Of a stretch of 64,000 bases of DNA, positions 19,345 to 29,800 are shown piece after piece. Every line of letters starts with the position of its first letter. The stretch's first letter is position 1. The notes beneath the pieces were generated by a model. The model searched no databases. It saw only the letters and a program-made list of their open reading frames with translations, and had not been told where the DNA came from. The stretch lies in the IMG/VR virus record IMGVR_UViG_3300005613_000001, positions 463,113 to 527,112 of that record, one strand, 5' to 3'. Both the position numbers and the translations under genes were made by a program.

Positions 19345-21756
19345 CTAATATATTGCCATCATCCATTGATCGCCAGAAGGTCTTGCTCCTAGAGATGAAA
19401 ATGTAAGGTCCGCCTCATTAAATTTAATAAAGGCATTAGGACTATAATCAAAGCTCATATAAGCCCTTCTGTCATCATCCGACACAGCAAGAAGTGGCTG
19501 GTCTAAATTACTAAATCCTGCCACGGTTTTATCTTGAAGTGATCCAAAAGCAACAGAATTTGTTCCTGCACCACCTGTTTCCCATACGCCGCTTGTATCG
19601 TTGTAAGCGGAAATATTAGCTGAGTTATTTAAAAAGTACATGCCACTTGTTAAACCAACCAATTGACCTTCTAGTTTTGTAGTGCCAGCTATATCCACTA
19701 GTTTTTTAAGATCCCTAAGGGGATTTGATAAAATGCCTTCCGTTCGGTAGAAGCTTTTGATTCTAAAAAATGCTCCAACACCATCATTTCTTGCAAAATA
19801 TCCAACATTATTTTTTGTTGCAGCCCGATAAACACTGAAATGTCCTTCTTCTGGCACACCTGTTGTGGGGTCATAGTTTGCTATATTTTGCTGAAGTTCG
19901 TCCGCCCCATTTAAATAATTAGCAAATTGAAAGTCAACTGAAGTGCTAGACAAGTCTGTTACATCTACGGCGAGTTTTGCTGCATTTGTAGGAGATGTAT
20001 CAGGCGGTATTACAGCATCGGTTGTATTTCCTAGAATGAAGTAAGCATTAGAATAGATGTTCATACCTACCCAATTCCACGGTCTTGAAACTGTAGGAAC
20101 ACCGGGAGTGATATAAACGTCATCAAACCCATTAAACTCTCTAATTTTAATTTTCTCTGTGGCAGGAGACGCTGCGGAATCTCGTCCACCAGCCCAAAAC
20201 AGCAACGATGTGCCATGAGCAACAGCCCCAGATGTAGTTGTAGATCGTTGAGAGAAGAATGTATTTCTTTTAAATTCTCTTAACAACTGTTCTGCATTAT
20301 CATGGTCTTTAAGAAAATCTGTGTTTCTGCTGATAGTCAAAGGCGTTGATCGCGTTTTAAAGGTTTCGCTAATCAACCCAAATTCGCGTACTGAAGCTTG
20401 TCCGTTTGAATATATCCACAACCATACATTTTCTCGCTCTACTACATCAAATGCATCTTCATAAGTTGTAATTCTATAAGCACCATATTCTGTATCGACT
20501 CTTAAAATTAAATCATATAATCCACCAACACTATAAGAAGCCCTGGTAGAGCGGGCGTTTCCATGCGTTAAGTCATCACTAAGCTCCCAGTTGTAATCTA
20601 CAATTGGATCAATAGCGCTACCTTGAGCATCCAATAACTCCCCGGCATATGAAACACTTGGAGTATTGGGATTTTCCCCTTCCGCTATCACTAAATCTAT
20701 AAAAGTATCTACAGGTGTTTTGATAAAGGGTGTTGTTACAAAAGGCCCGCCCAATGGACTACCCTGTGTAACATCTTGTCCGCTTCTCTGGTCAATTTCA
20801 ATAATAGCTTCATCTGGGGCGGGGATTCTCGCTTGGATATAATCGTAAAATGTAACTGTGTCCGTCCCATATCTATTTCTCACCGTGAAACTAACATCAT
20901 ATTTGCCCGGAGAAGTATATGTTTTAGTAATATTGCCACCATCAATGTCTAGCACCTTTACTCCTACCTGCTCCACAGGAACTACACTAGCTACTGAAAT
21001 GGTTGAAGGGCAACCTGATATATCAAGATAATTACAATGTTCCACTAAAGCACAAGATATAGATGATATTGTTGAGATTGTTGAAATACAAGAAATATTA
21101 GAAATACACGATATCATTGAACAATCATAATCACCAAAATCCCATTCAAAAACCGTGGGAGATACAAGGCAGTATTTTTCATTTGTGCCATACCAATTGC
21201 CCCCCATATTAAAACTTTTCTCTGTAAATGTAACCTTGAAAGGAACTAAACCAACTTGCTTATCCACCGAAAACCAAGCTCTCGGTTGTAAGACCAATCG
21301 GTGTAGGAAGTTGATGCGCCCCTCCATTGTGTCGCCATAAGGAGCTAAATCAATAGTTCCCTTGATTCCAACAAAGGTTTCAATAGCAATAATGGCATCT
21401 TTTAAAGCATTGTGATATTCCGCCATTACGTTTTGAGTGACATTAGTGACCCTTTTCGGCTTGGCAACATCTGTATGTGTTGATAGTAAAGACAAACCAC
21501 TGAAAGTAAATGAATTATCACTCTCCTGTGATTTTGCACTATAATTGAAAGATATAGCACGATCATCTACATCACTACATTGCTCCGTAAGAGTGATATA
21601 TCCTGTAGAGGGGAAATTGTTATAAATATCAACATCGCCCTCAACACTAATACTTGTGTCCCCAGGAGTATAATCATCTGTTAATCGCAACCTTAAAGCA
21701 TCATGGGCAATTAATAAATTTTGTTCTGTATCAAGTGACTCTGGATAATTACTCAT
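19345..21756 (-). CDS. PKD-domain virion (tail/baseplate) protein
   Basis: YPESLD N-terminus, VMAEYHNALKDAIIAIE, WDFGD and YTSPGKYDVSFTV PKD motifs. Confidence 0.75.
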   Translation of the reverse strand: MSNYPESLDTEQNLLIAHDALRLRLTDDYTPGDTSISVEGDVDIYNNFPSTGYITLTEQCSDVDDRAISFNYSAKSQESDNSFTFSGLSLLSTHTDVAKPKRVTNVTQNVMAEYHNALKDAIIAIETFVGIKGTIDLAPYGDTMEGRINFLHRLVLQPRAWFSVDKQVGLVPFKVTFTEKSFNMGGNWYGTNEKYCLVSPTVFEWDFGDYDCSMISCISNISCISTISTISSISCALVEHCNYLDISGCPSTISVASVVPVEQVGVKVLDIDGGNITKTYTSPGKYDVSFTVRNRYGTDTVTFYDYIQARIPAPDEAIIEIDQRSGQDVTQGSPLGGPFVTTPFIKTPVDTFIDLVIAEGENPNTPSVSYAGELLDAQGSAIDPIVDYNWELSDDLTHGNARSTRASYSVGGLYDLILRVDTEYGAYRITTYEDAFDVVERENVWLWIYSNGQASVREFGLISETFKTRSTPLTISRNTDFLKDHDNAEQLLREFKRNTFFSQRSTTTSGAVAHGTSLLFWAGGRDSAASPATEKIKIREFNGFDDVYITPGVPTVSRPWNWVGMNIYSNAYFILGNTTDAVIPPDTSPTNAAKLAVDVTDLSSTSVDFQFANYLNGADELQQNIANYDPTTGVPEEGHFSVYRAATKNNVGYFARNDGVGAFFRIKSFYRTEGILSNPLRDLKKLVDIAGTTKLEGQLVGLTSGMYFLNNSANISAYNDTSGVWETGGAGTNSVAFGSLQDKTVAGFSNLDQPLLAVSDDDRRAYMSFDYSPNAFIKFNEADLTFSSLGARPSGDQWMMAIY

Positions 21757-21763
21757 TTCACTC

Positions 21764-22795
21764 CTATAAAACTACCAATTGCTCGGTTAAAACGCCTCGT
21801 TTTTGTAATGTGCTCCCAAACACTAACAATAATGAAGGCTCATATGTACCAGGCTGTTGATATACGTGTTCGGTAGCATGTATGTTGGGATCAAGTTCCA
21901 CTTCTTTTTCAGTATCACCAAAAGCCCAATATCTCTGCATAATGTCCCCATCGGTTTGATCTACAAAACTAAATGTTGTTGGGGAAACGCCTAATTCCGC
22001 TGCCGTTTCTACAGAGTAAGCTTTGGAACCGCCATCTTTGGGAACAACATAAAAGAAAGGCTCTATCTGTTCTTCATCTACAATTATATATGCCGCCTTG
22101 GTCGTTATTCCAGTTCCGCCCAGGTCCGTTACTACGTCTAACCTTACGGTATAATGACCTTCTGCTAAATAAGTATGACTTGGACTGCGCTCTGAAGATG
22201 TTGTGCCATCCCCAAAATCCCACAAAAATCGCAATGAATGACCTAATGTGAAATTGTGAAATGAAACTTTTAGAGGCGGGGGTCCAACTACGGGGTGGGC
22301 TCTAAAAATAGCTCTAGGTGCTAACCATTTTTCTTCTAAAGCCTGAAGAATATAATTTAATGATCCTTCTGCTGGCTCATCTTCCACTCCTAAGTTTGTT
22401 TCAATGTTAACAAGTGCATCTCTTAATGCATTGTGATGCTCGGCCATTACCCCATGAATGACGGGACTTCCAATAGACCACCTATTTTGACGAGTTTTAG
22501 CAAAACCACGGTGTAAATCAGAAAAAACCCCATTAGTTCTAGAATCATACCAAATTAACTCATGACTCCCCGGAACGCCTGGTTCTGTTCCTATGCGTAA
22601 TAATCCCTTTTGAGGGAAAGCTGAGGCATCATTAACAATTATTCGTGATCCTGTAAAGCTTAGAGTTTGTTTTAGGGTTGTTTGCGCATTATTAGTAACA
22701 ATATGCAAATCGTCCCGGTCGTCTACAACCTCGGGATAAACAGACAAATCTCCTATCGTATATCCGTCGTCAAGGGATGAAATCTTCTCTACCAT
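21764..22795 (-). CDS. PKD-domain virion protein
   Basis: VMAEHHNALRDAL, GPPPLKVSF, WDFGDG...PSHTY...G.YTV.L, second WAFGD...HVY..PG.Y. Confidence 0.8.
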   Translation of the reverse strand: MVEKISSLDDGYTIGDLSVYPEVVDDRDDLHIVTNNAQTTLKQTLSFTGSRIIVNDASAFPQKGLLRIGTEPGVPGSHELIWYDSRTNGVFSDLHRGFAKTRQNRWSIGSPVIHGVMAEHHNALRDALVNIETNLGVEDEPAEGSLNYILQALEEKWLAPRAIFRAHPVVGPPPLKVSFHNFTLGHSLRFLWDFGDGTTSSERSPSHTYLAEGHYTVRLDVVTDLGGTGITTKAAYIIVDEEQIEPFFYVVPKDGGSKAYSVETAAELGVSPTTFSFVDQTDGDIMQRYWAFGDTEKEVELDPNIHATEHVYQQPGTYEPSLLLVFGSTLQKRGVLTEQLVVL

Positions 22796-22803
22796 TATAA
22801 CTC

Positions 22804-23499
22804 CTATTTATCATGCTTTTCCAGGCTTTTTTTAAGTTTCTGATCTTGCTTCACATGCATGAGTTGAACCTTTTCTATTATATTTACCAATTCTTTTTTA
22901 ATTGGCGCATCATCATTTAAAGATAAAATGGTTTTAGCTAATTCTACATCAATTGGATGATGCAATAGCAGCCTCAAATTCATATCTTGACGGAGGCGTT
23001 CATCCCAGTATTGCTTTTGAGATTCTAGGTCGTCAAAAGGCTTTAAAGGCTCTATTTTCTGCAATTCCTCTAAAGTCCGTAGGAACCATTCGGACTCTTC
23101 TGTGGTTTCTTTCATTCTCACTTTCAACTCAGAAATAGAACTATTAACTGCATCCATGTGCCTGTTAAATTTTCTTAATTTAATAGCAGATTCATCAAGA
23201 TGTAGCCTATTTTCATCATCTGAATAGGGCAAAGTCTCTTTTACCTTCTCCTCGGTCATTTTTTGCCTTCTTATCTCAATTTCCAACAACTCCTTCTGAT
23301 CTTGGCTTTCTGCGATCTCCCGACGTAGATTTTCAAGAGTATCCTTCCTGGTCCGTATTTCCCTAATGCATTGCCACATCTTACTTTGTAACGTAGGCTC
23401 TTTATTTACAATGAAATGTTGAAGCTGAAAGAAGCTCATCCGATTAACAATATCGTTTTCTAAGACCTTATTCATCTCGGTTACTATATCTCTTGACAT
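22804..23499 (-). CDS. Coiled-coil hypothetical protein
   Basis: E/K/R/L heptad-rich helix over most of the length. Confidence 0.65.
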   Translation of the reverse strand: MSRDIVTEMNKVLENDIVNRMSFFQLQHFIVNKEPTLQSKMWQCIREIRTRKDTLENLRREIAESQDQKELLEIEIRRQKMTEEKVKETLPYSDDENRLHLDESAIKLRKFNRHMDAVNSSISELKVRMKETTEESEWFLRTLEELQKIEPLKPFDDLESQKQYWDERLRQDMNLRLLLHHPIDVELAKTILSLNDDAPIKKELVNIIEKVQLMHVKQDQKLKKSLEKHDK

Positions 23500-23550
23500 T
23501 TTATTCTCCTTTGGTAATAATAGAGTTGGGCATATTCAGAAAGGAAGGGA

Positions 23551-24132
23551 ATGACAGGATTACTCAAGCGTTTTAATTGCCTTACTAGCAAACTCACCGA
23601 GTCCGTAGTGCCGCCGACAAGCGTTTTACAAGGCAAACGTGGATACCTTAGCGGACCCATTGAAAATGATGCTACAAACTTTAACTGGCGAGTAGAACCA
23701 CTTAGAGTTTTGCGTGATGAATTCAAAATTAACATGTTTGATCCTCATGCTGATCCCAAACAACAATGGGTTCCAATTTTAAGAGAGGCAAGAGATAAAA
23801 GGGATTACGGAAAAATAGCCCATATCGCTAGAGATTTTGTTAGAAAAGACCTAGCAATGGTAGATCGTTCTGACCTCTTAATTGCCTATCTACCTCGCAA
23901 TGTTTATACAACTGGCACTCATCATGAAGTGATTAATAGCGATAGCGCTAAAAAACCTACACTTTTGATCTGTCCAGAAGGGAAGGAACACATTCCAATT
24001 TGGTATCACGGGTTTATTCCTCACGAATTTATGTTTGGTAGTTGGGAAAGTCTGTATGAGTATTTAAGGGAAGTTAATGAGTGCAAACATACGGAAAATC
24101 GTAGGTGGCATTTCGTCTATGGGTTAATCTGA
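23551..24132 (+). CDS. Nucleoside 2-deoxyribosyltransferase-like (dNMP N-glycosidase) protein
   Basis: YLSGPIE, DP, DLAMVDRSDLLIAYL, GTHHEV, KKP. Confidence 0.75.
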   Translation: MTGLLKRFNCLTSKLTESVVPPTSVLQGKRGYLSGPIENDATNFNWRVEPLRVLRDEFKINMFDPHADPKQQWVPILREARDKRDYGKIAHIARDFVRKDLAMVDRSDLLIAYLPRNVYTTGTHHEVINSDSAKKPTLLICPEGKEHIPIWYHGFIPHEFMFGSWESLYEYLREVNECKHTENRRWHFVYGLI

Positions 24133-24498
24133 TTTTGCCCAACTGACAGTTACATATTCATATTCTTTTATACTTAAAGTTACGTCAGTAAAATGACAAT
24201 AACCTATAACACCAGAAAATTCAGCCACTAGAAGCACGTCTTTATAATAATAATTTATAACTGCCTTCCCTGCTTTGCTATAATACACAAACTCCAATTC
24301 AGATACCTCTGTGGCGTCAGTGCTTATTTTAAACGCCTCTCTAATTTCAACATTTTCAACTTTAAATGTGCGATTATTAAATGGACTAATAGGTTGAATT
24401 TGAACGGGTTCAAAAACTATCTTTTTGTTTTTGAACCCAGTTGCCATCCAACAATCTTTAGGCTTATCTGCTATTCTTTCTAACCAATAATTCTTCAT
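24124..24498 (-). CDS. Hypothetical protein (start reassigned to MKNYWLE)
   Basis: ATG at 24498 overlaps the upstream TGA (ATGA coupling). Confidence 0.6.
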   Translation of the reverse strand: MKNYWLERIADKPKDCWMATGFKNKKIVFEPVQIQPISPFNNRTFKVENVEIREAFKISTDATEVSELEFVYYSKAGKAVINYYYKDVLLVAEFSGVIGYCHFTDVTLSIKEYEYVTVSWAKSD

Positions 24499-24713
24499 AC
24501 CGGACCTTTCGGACCCTTTACCCCTTTTGGCCCTTTGGGGCAAGTGTGTCCTCTTAATTGCCAAGCATCTTTTACTTGAGTTGTATCTAATATTTTCTTA
24601 AGATGCTTAGCAAAAGATTCTAAATCTTTATGGTGTGACAAATCATGCATCTGTGCTGCTTTTTTCTTTAACAATTCTTTATCTTTAATCTTTTCTAACC
24701 AATGATTTTTCAT
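24495..24713 (-). CDS. Small hypothetical protein
   Basis: MKNHWLE N-terminus; C-terminal PKG repeats; coupled to its neighbours. Confidence 0.6.
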   Translation of the reverse strand: MKNHWLEKIKDKELLKKKAAQMHDLSHHKDLESFAKHLKKILDTTQVKDAWQLRGHTCPKGPKGVKGPKGPV

Positions 24714-25237
24714 AGGATAGCTGCTCCCAAAATAGCCTTAAATTTAGTTTTACATGACGCGGTGGCAATTAAAGCCCATCTTTCTTTACACTGTTCAATC
24801 TGGCCCTGTTCTTGAAATGGCCCTGCTTTTTTAAATGTTTTCTTATTTATACACAATCCATTCAATGTGGCCTGCTTAAAATTTGAAATTCTATCTACAA
24901 TGGGGAATAATACGTCCGCCTCGTTTGTTGCGAATCTTGAATACTTTACAGGCAAATTGCGGCGTATCCAAGTGCCTGCCATTGTAAATATCCCCCAATT
25001 AGACGGCACATTTCGCATACCCGTGTTTAACAATGAGGTAATGGTGTCCTTAGCTCGGAAAACAGGGCATATTGCTTTCATTTCATTAACAACATCTGCT
25101 TTGAAATTATTCGGGATCACAGCGATAAAATCATTGGGATAGCCTAATTTCAAAGATTTAACTGTACTTTGAAGTAAAATAGCATTTGGTTCAGTGCATA
25201 ATATAATGAAGCTGAACTCTTCACTCTTAAATGGCAT
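24710..25237 (-). CDS. Degenerate GT-A (GT2-like) fold protein
   Basis: FSFIIL...TVKSL...NTG....NW.IF pattern, but no DxD. Confidence 0.4.
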   Translation of the reverse strand: MPFKSEEFSFIILCTEPNAILLQSTVKSLKLGYPNDFIAVIPNNFKADVVNEMKAICPVFRAKDTITSLLNTGMRNVPSNWGIFTMAGTWIRRNLPVKYSRFATNEADVLFPIVDRISNFKQATLNGLCINKKTFKKAGPFQEQGQIEQCKERWALIATASCKTKFKAILGAAIL

Positions 25238-25252
25238 CTATTATCTCTTTAC

Positions 25253-26020
25253 TTATAACTGCACATCAAAATCAATTCTAATTACATCACTGGCTGTGAT
25301 TGCTGTATCTAATTTAAACGTCCCTGCGGCAGCGGTAGGGGTGAACTTATTTAAAGTCCAAGCATCGGTGGGTAATTCGCCTGGAACATATATGGCTTCA
25401 TCTTCGCCTAATCTGGTTCCATTAATGTAGACTCTAAGGCTTCCTGTCATATATGGAGTGCTAACAGAATTTACCTTATAATTCTTGTAGTTGGAAACAT
25501 GAACAGGCTGTATGTCATAATAATGTCTATGAATTGCTGTTAATGGGAAATTTAAATCCAAGTACATCTTGCCTGTCTGGTATCGCCAAGCGGTGCTAAC
25601 GGAATCTGCCATTACTACCGTACCATTCTCAAAAAGCACCGGCGTATTAGAAGCCCCTGCTGTCTCAAAGTTAAATTCAATTAAATTAGATTCATCTTCA
25701 ATCAAAGTGAGCTTATCCCGCTCAGCACTCAGCATTCTGACATATGTGGAACTATCAGTGTGTTCTTCAATATCATGTAATGCCGCATCCACAGCACTTG
25801 TCTTTAAAGCACCACTATCCTGTAGAGAGGCAGAAAGTCTAGCGTTCACGCTACTTGCTGAACCATGAGCACCATCTAGCTCATTGCGGTTTGTATCTAC
25901 AGCGTTATTAATAATAGTTTGTCTGCCCAGGATGTTACGAAGGGGCATATTGTCAAATTCATGACGGTAGGGCATTAAGCCTGTGTAATATACTTCTGGA
26001 ATAGAATAAATATTTGGCAT
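25253..26020 (-). CDS. Virion structural (tail-associated) protein
   Basis: SLRVYINGTRL...VIRIDF C-terminal module typical of tail proteins; tail gene context. Confidence 0.6.
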   Translation of the reverse strand: MPNIYSIPEVYYTGLMPYRHEFDNMPLRNILGRQTIINNAVDTNRNELDGAHGSASSVNARLSASLQDSGALKTSAVDAALHDIEEHTDSSTYVRMLSAERDKLTLIEDESNLIEFNFETAGASNTPVLFENGTVVMADSVSTAWRYQTGKMYLDLNFPLTAIHRHYYDIQPVHVSNYKNYKVNSVSTPYMTGSLRVYINGTRLGEDEAIYVPGELPTDAWTLNKFTPTAAAGTFKLDTAITASDVIRIDFDVQL

Positions 26021-26084
26021 TATTTCCTCACAATTTCCCTTATGCGATCAAGATTATATAGCCCTACATTGCCAAAGATTTGCT

Positions 26085-26393
26085 TCAATCAAAATCATCT
26101 TTATTGGGTGTCATAATTAAAAGTGACTCGGTGGCCTTCCAATTAAAGTAATAAGTCTTGCCTTCTATGGTCAGGGGCACTACTTCTCCCGCTGAAAGTG
26201 TAGTATGGGTACTTGCTAAATCTTCATCTATTACTACAATGTTAATTTTGGAATTTAATGTAGGGCCTACTAATTCAGATTTATTTTTGCCATCTTCTAT
26301 AAATTCAACGACTACAAAAATGTAGCCTATCACACAAAGTAGCCCTACTACAACTAATGACCAAAAGATCATCCTATGCATTGATCGCCTCAT
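26085..26393 (-). CDS. Single-TM membrane protein
   Basis: Basic N-terminus followed by a long hydrophobic helix. Confidence 0.6.
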   Translation of the reverse strand: MRRSMHRMIFWSLVVVGLLCVIGYIFVVVEFIEDGKNKSELVGPTLNSKINIVVIDEDLASTHTTLSAGEVVPLTIEGKTYYFNWKATESLLIMTPNKDDFD

Positions 26394-26400
26394 TTATTTC

Positions 26401-26868
26401 TTAAACAAAATTCAATCGCCAATTCCAGGTAATTTGCATTTGGTTGGTTTTGGTAAGATCGGGGAAAGTAACCATACTGTATAGTTGGCCGTTTTGCATT
26501 CGGAGAGCCATTTCATTTAATATGGCTGAATTAGCTTCTGTAAAACTAATCACGGAGGTAAAAATCACTTGTGTTTCATCTCTGCTTGCAATTACAGATT
26601 TGGAGAGTTCCGTAACGCCAAACAAACCTGTACGGCTAGCTGCCACAAATTTTTGAACACCACCACTTGCACCATTTGTCCCAAAAATCATTTGGGAAAT
26701 ATAGAAGTCATAAGTATCATCTACTTCATTTGCTAGTGATTTCGCCAAGGCAATACGACCGTTGCGAAGAATGGTATTTTTGAAGGTTTTAACTTCCTTT
26801 CGCCCATCACGATAATCAATAATTCGTTCTATTGTGCCCTCGGGCTGTATCTGTTCATTAACGTTCAT
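26401..26868 (-). CDS. Baseplate/tail-fibre attachment protein (DUF3751/gp8-like); start reassigned to MNVNE
   Basis: NTI...GR..LA...IFGT.G...F..V.....AN...L.EMAL...YS..TFP...K; AGGAG SD and ATGA overlap at 26868. Confidence 0.6.
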   Translation of the reverse strand: MNVNEQIQPEGTIERIIDYRDGRKEVKTFKNTILRNGRIALAKSLANEVDDTYDFYISQMIFGTNGASGGVQKFVAASRTGLFGVTELSKSVIASRDETQVIFTSVISFTEANSAILNEMALRMQNGQLYSMVTFPDLTKTNQMQITWNWRLNFV

Positions 26869-29800
26869 ATTTCTCCTTTTTCTTCTAAGCCGCTTGCCCA
26901 CTCAATATTGAATGAAATATCCTCGGATTGCTGAATAGTCTCAACAATTTCATCTTTGTTTGCGGCATTTAACATTGCAGCCTTAAATGCCATAGGGGCT
27001 GCTGTTTCCACAGTATTTACAATGATATCTTTACCCCTTCTATCTACGAAATCAAATGCATGTCCCGGTCCTGCCGGATCTCTTTGTGGTCGCACGGTCA
27101 AGTCCTCTTTCATTGCTTTATAAATAGTAAAATCTGTATTAGCCACCCCAGCGGTTCCCCAAACTTGAGCAGGACCGCCAAGAGTAATTTCTGTTCCATT
27201 TATGTCATTAATAACAAAATAATCTGCATCAACATAAAGTAGAAAGTCTTCTTTAAAATGCCCATCGCTAAATGGCGGAGTCCATTCGGTTGAAGGGGCA
27301 TCTGTTCCCGTGCCTTGTTCTAAGAACCCACCATCTTCCCAAGGGTATCCTGGCGCACTAGCTCCGTTCTGGATATTTAGATTAGTTTCATAATTTGTAC
27401 TTGTAGTAAGTGTAGCACCGGAATATGCCACATACCCCACTTCATTATCTACCAATCTACGATATACGCTAATTGCGCCCGCACCAGCGACTCCGTTGTA
27501 ATCCATATAAAGGGTCTTAGAGGCTCCCTCTTCAAATCCTATAACTTCATATTCAGAACCGCCCCAAACTACGTAATCCCCAATATTAATTAAAATTCTA
27601 ATATCAGACGTTGCGGCATCTGTGATTACAACCTTGCCCCTTGCTGTTACCGTTAATGCCCCAGTTGTGCTTGTCGTAATAGGAACAGAACCATCATCTA
27701 GAAGGGTATAGGTTATTCCTGTGCCCGCTACACCACCATCATCTATCAATAGTGTGCCATCTGGAAGGGTGGTAAGAATGGTATAAGTGGAAGCACCTAT
27801 TTTAATCTCCCATGCTCCTCCGCTGTAGTCTGCATCATTATCTACATCCCACTGTGTCTTTACTCCCAATAATCCAAAATTAACAGAGGCGTCAGAGAAG
27901 TTATTGACATCATCGCGTGAAATGGTATTCACGGCGTTGGTATAAACAATATTGGATAGCCTGAATGTAAATTCGCCTGTGCGAAAAGGACTTTCAGAGA
28001 TCGTATCAGGACTAGCTGGGTCAATCCATATTGTATTTTTAGTTGGTTCTCCTGAGACTGTGTAAGTTCCCGCCCTACCAATAGCCGGAGCTAAAATTTC
28101 AAGCACATTATCATTAGTTCCTGCCACATAGGCAGCAGGATCATTAATGTATGTGGAATTATTAAAATTAAGCTCTTGGAAATCTACATTAGGCGCATAA
28201 AGAACAATGTGATCGTTACTTACAGTACCCTTCACACCTGTCACCACGGCCCGCAAATCAGCGGTCTCAGTTCTTTTGACCATTTCAGGTGGCATCTCCC
28301 ACATATTGTGTTCCATTGATCTACTAAAGATGGTTTGAGCCGTACCACAATAAACATTTTCATCTACAGCTACCGTAACCAAAGCTTCAACTTCCTCCAC
28401 ACCGCAGTTTACAAACTCTTCAACTCCCCCGGAGAAATTCATAGTATGAAGAACGGCATGAAATGGCTTAAATTCATCTATAATTGATAATGCTTCAATA
28501 ATCCTATCATCTGACAAACTCTCAATTTCAATATCTACTGTAAATTTGCTACCCAAACATTTCGTACAGCAGTCTAAGAAGTCTTTGTCAATATCACAAG
28601 GGTCAGTTGAATCCCTTAAACTACCATTATACTCCTCCATATTGTAAATATTTTCTGAGAACGGGAACTCAGTTCTTATCTGACCAAAAACAACTGCCGG
28701 AGTGTAAGGTTGCCTGTCGGGTATGATAACGTCAAATAGAGGATCATCCTCCTCAATAACACGTACATTCCAGTTTTTCAACGGATATGTTTGATCCCTG
28801 AAATCTCTTTGATCGTCTAACGGTAATGTTCTAATATAATCCTCAATAGATTGTTGAGTGGCATTAGGAACGTTGTTTACTTCATACGTTATCTTTAAAA
28901 GGTCATCTTCTGCTAAAACAATGGGGCTCATAGAAAGTTGATGACCTACCCATGTCATCGTGGTTACGCCATCCACTGTTACAAATGTAACGTAGTCTGA
29001 TGTTAAATCAACAAAATCATCACTTCCCGCTGGGCGAATGGAAAGTTCAAAATTATTAGTATCAATAGGCAAAATTGGGTTTTTGTCTAATGTGAATTCT
29101 GTTTGTCCATTGCTTGATACCAATAACCCTTCTACCCAAGTATAAGGAGAAACAACCTGCCAAAGTCTTGTTAATTTAGTCAAAACAATGTCTGCTTGTG
29201 CAAGTGCCTCTTCCAATGCTAAATATGTTCCTTTTCGCTTAAATAATGGAATGGACCTCTTGATCTGCCTCCTCCACAATGTAGGATCACCACTTCTAAG
29301 CTGAAGATTGAACATGTTTGCCAGCAAGTTTAAAAATGATTCATTGGTTACATTGGCATCCATTAAATCAATTAGTTGATTGGCTAAATCTTCTACAAAA
29401 GTGAATCCTTTTGCTATCGCCCCATTAAAATTGTCTATAACTTCAGGTGTCAAATCATGGTCACCCAAGTAACTCTTAAACATTTGAGGCGTATATCTAT
29501 CCAACAGAGTGTCATACTTGAGAGGATCAGTAAAATGCGTGGGAACAGCGGTAGTAATTTGTGTTGCGCCAAAAAGATCAAATTGTCGGTAATTTGTTGA
29601 AGTATCCCCGGCTACATTCACAGTCCAAGTCCAACAAACAAAATATTGTCCCTCTCGCCTTCCATCGGGCTCCCAAGTCAGTTGGAAAGTACCTGTGCTT
29701 GTTCTTTCTAAAATGGCATTATCTGTGTCGGTAGACAGCCAGGCGGGAAACAACTCGGTGCCAAAGTTATCAGAAGGGGTTGCTTCATTATAATAAAAAG

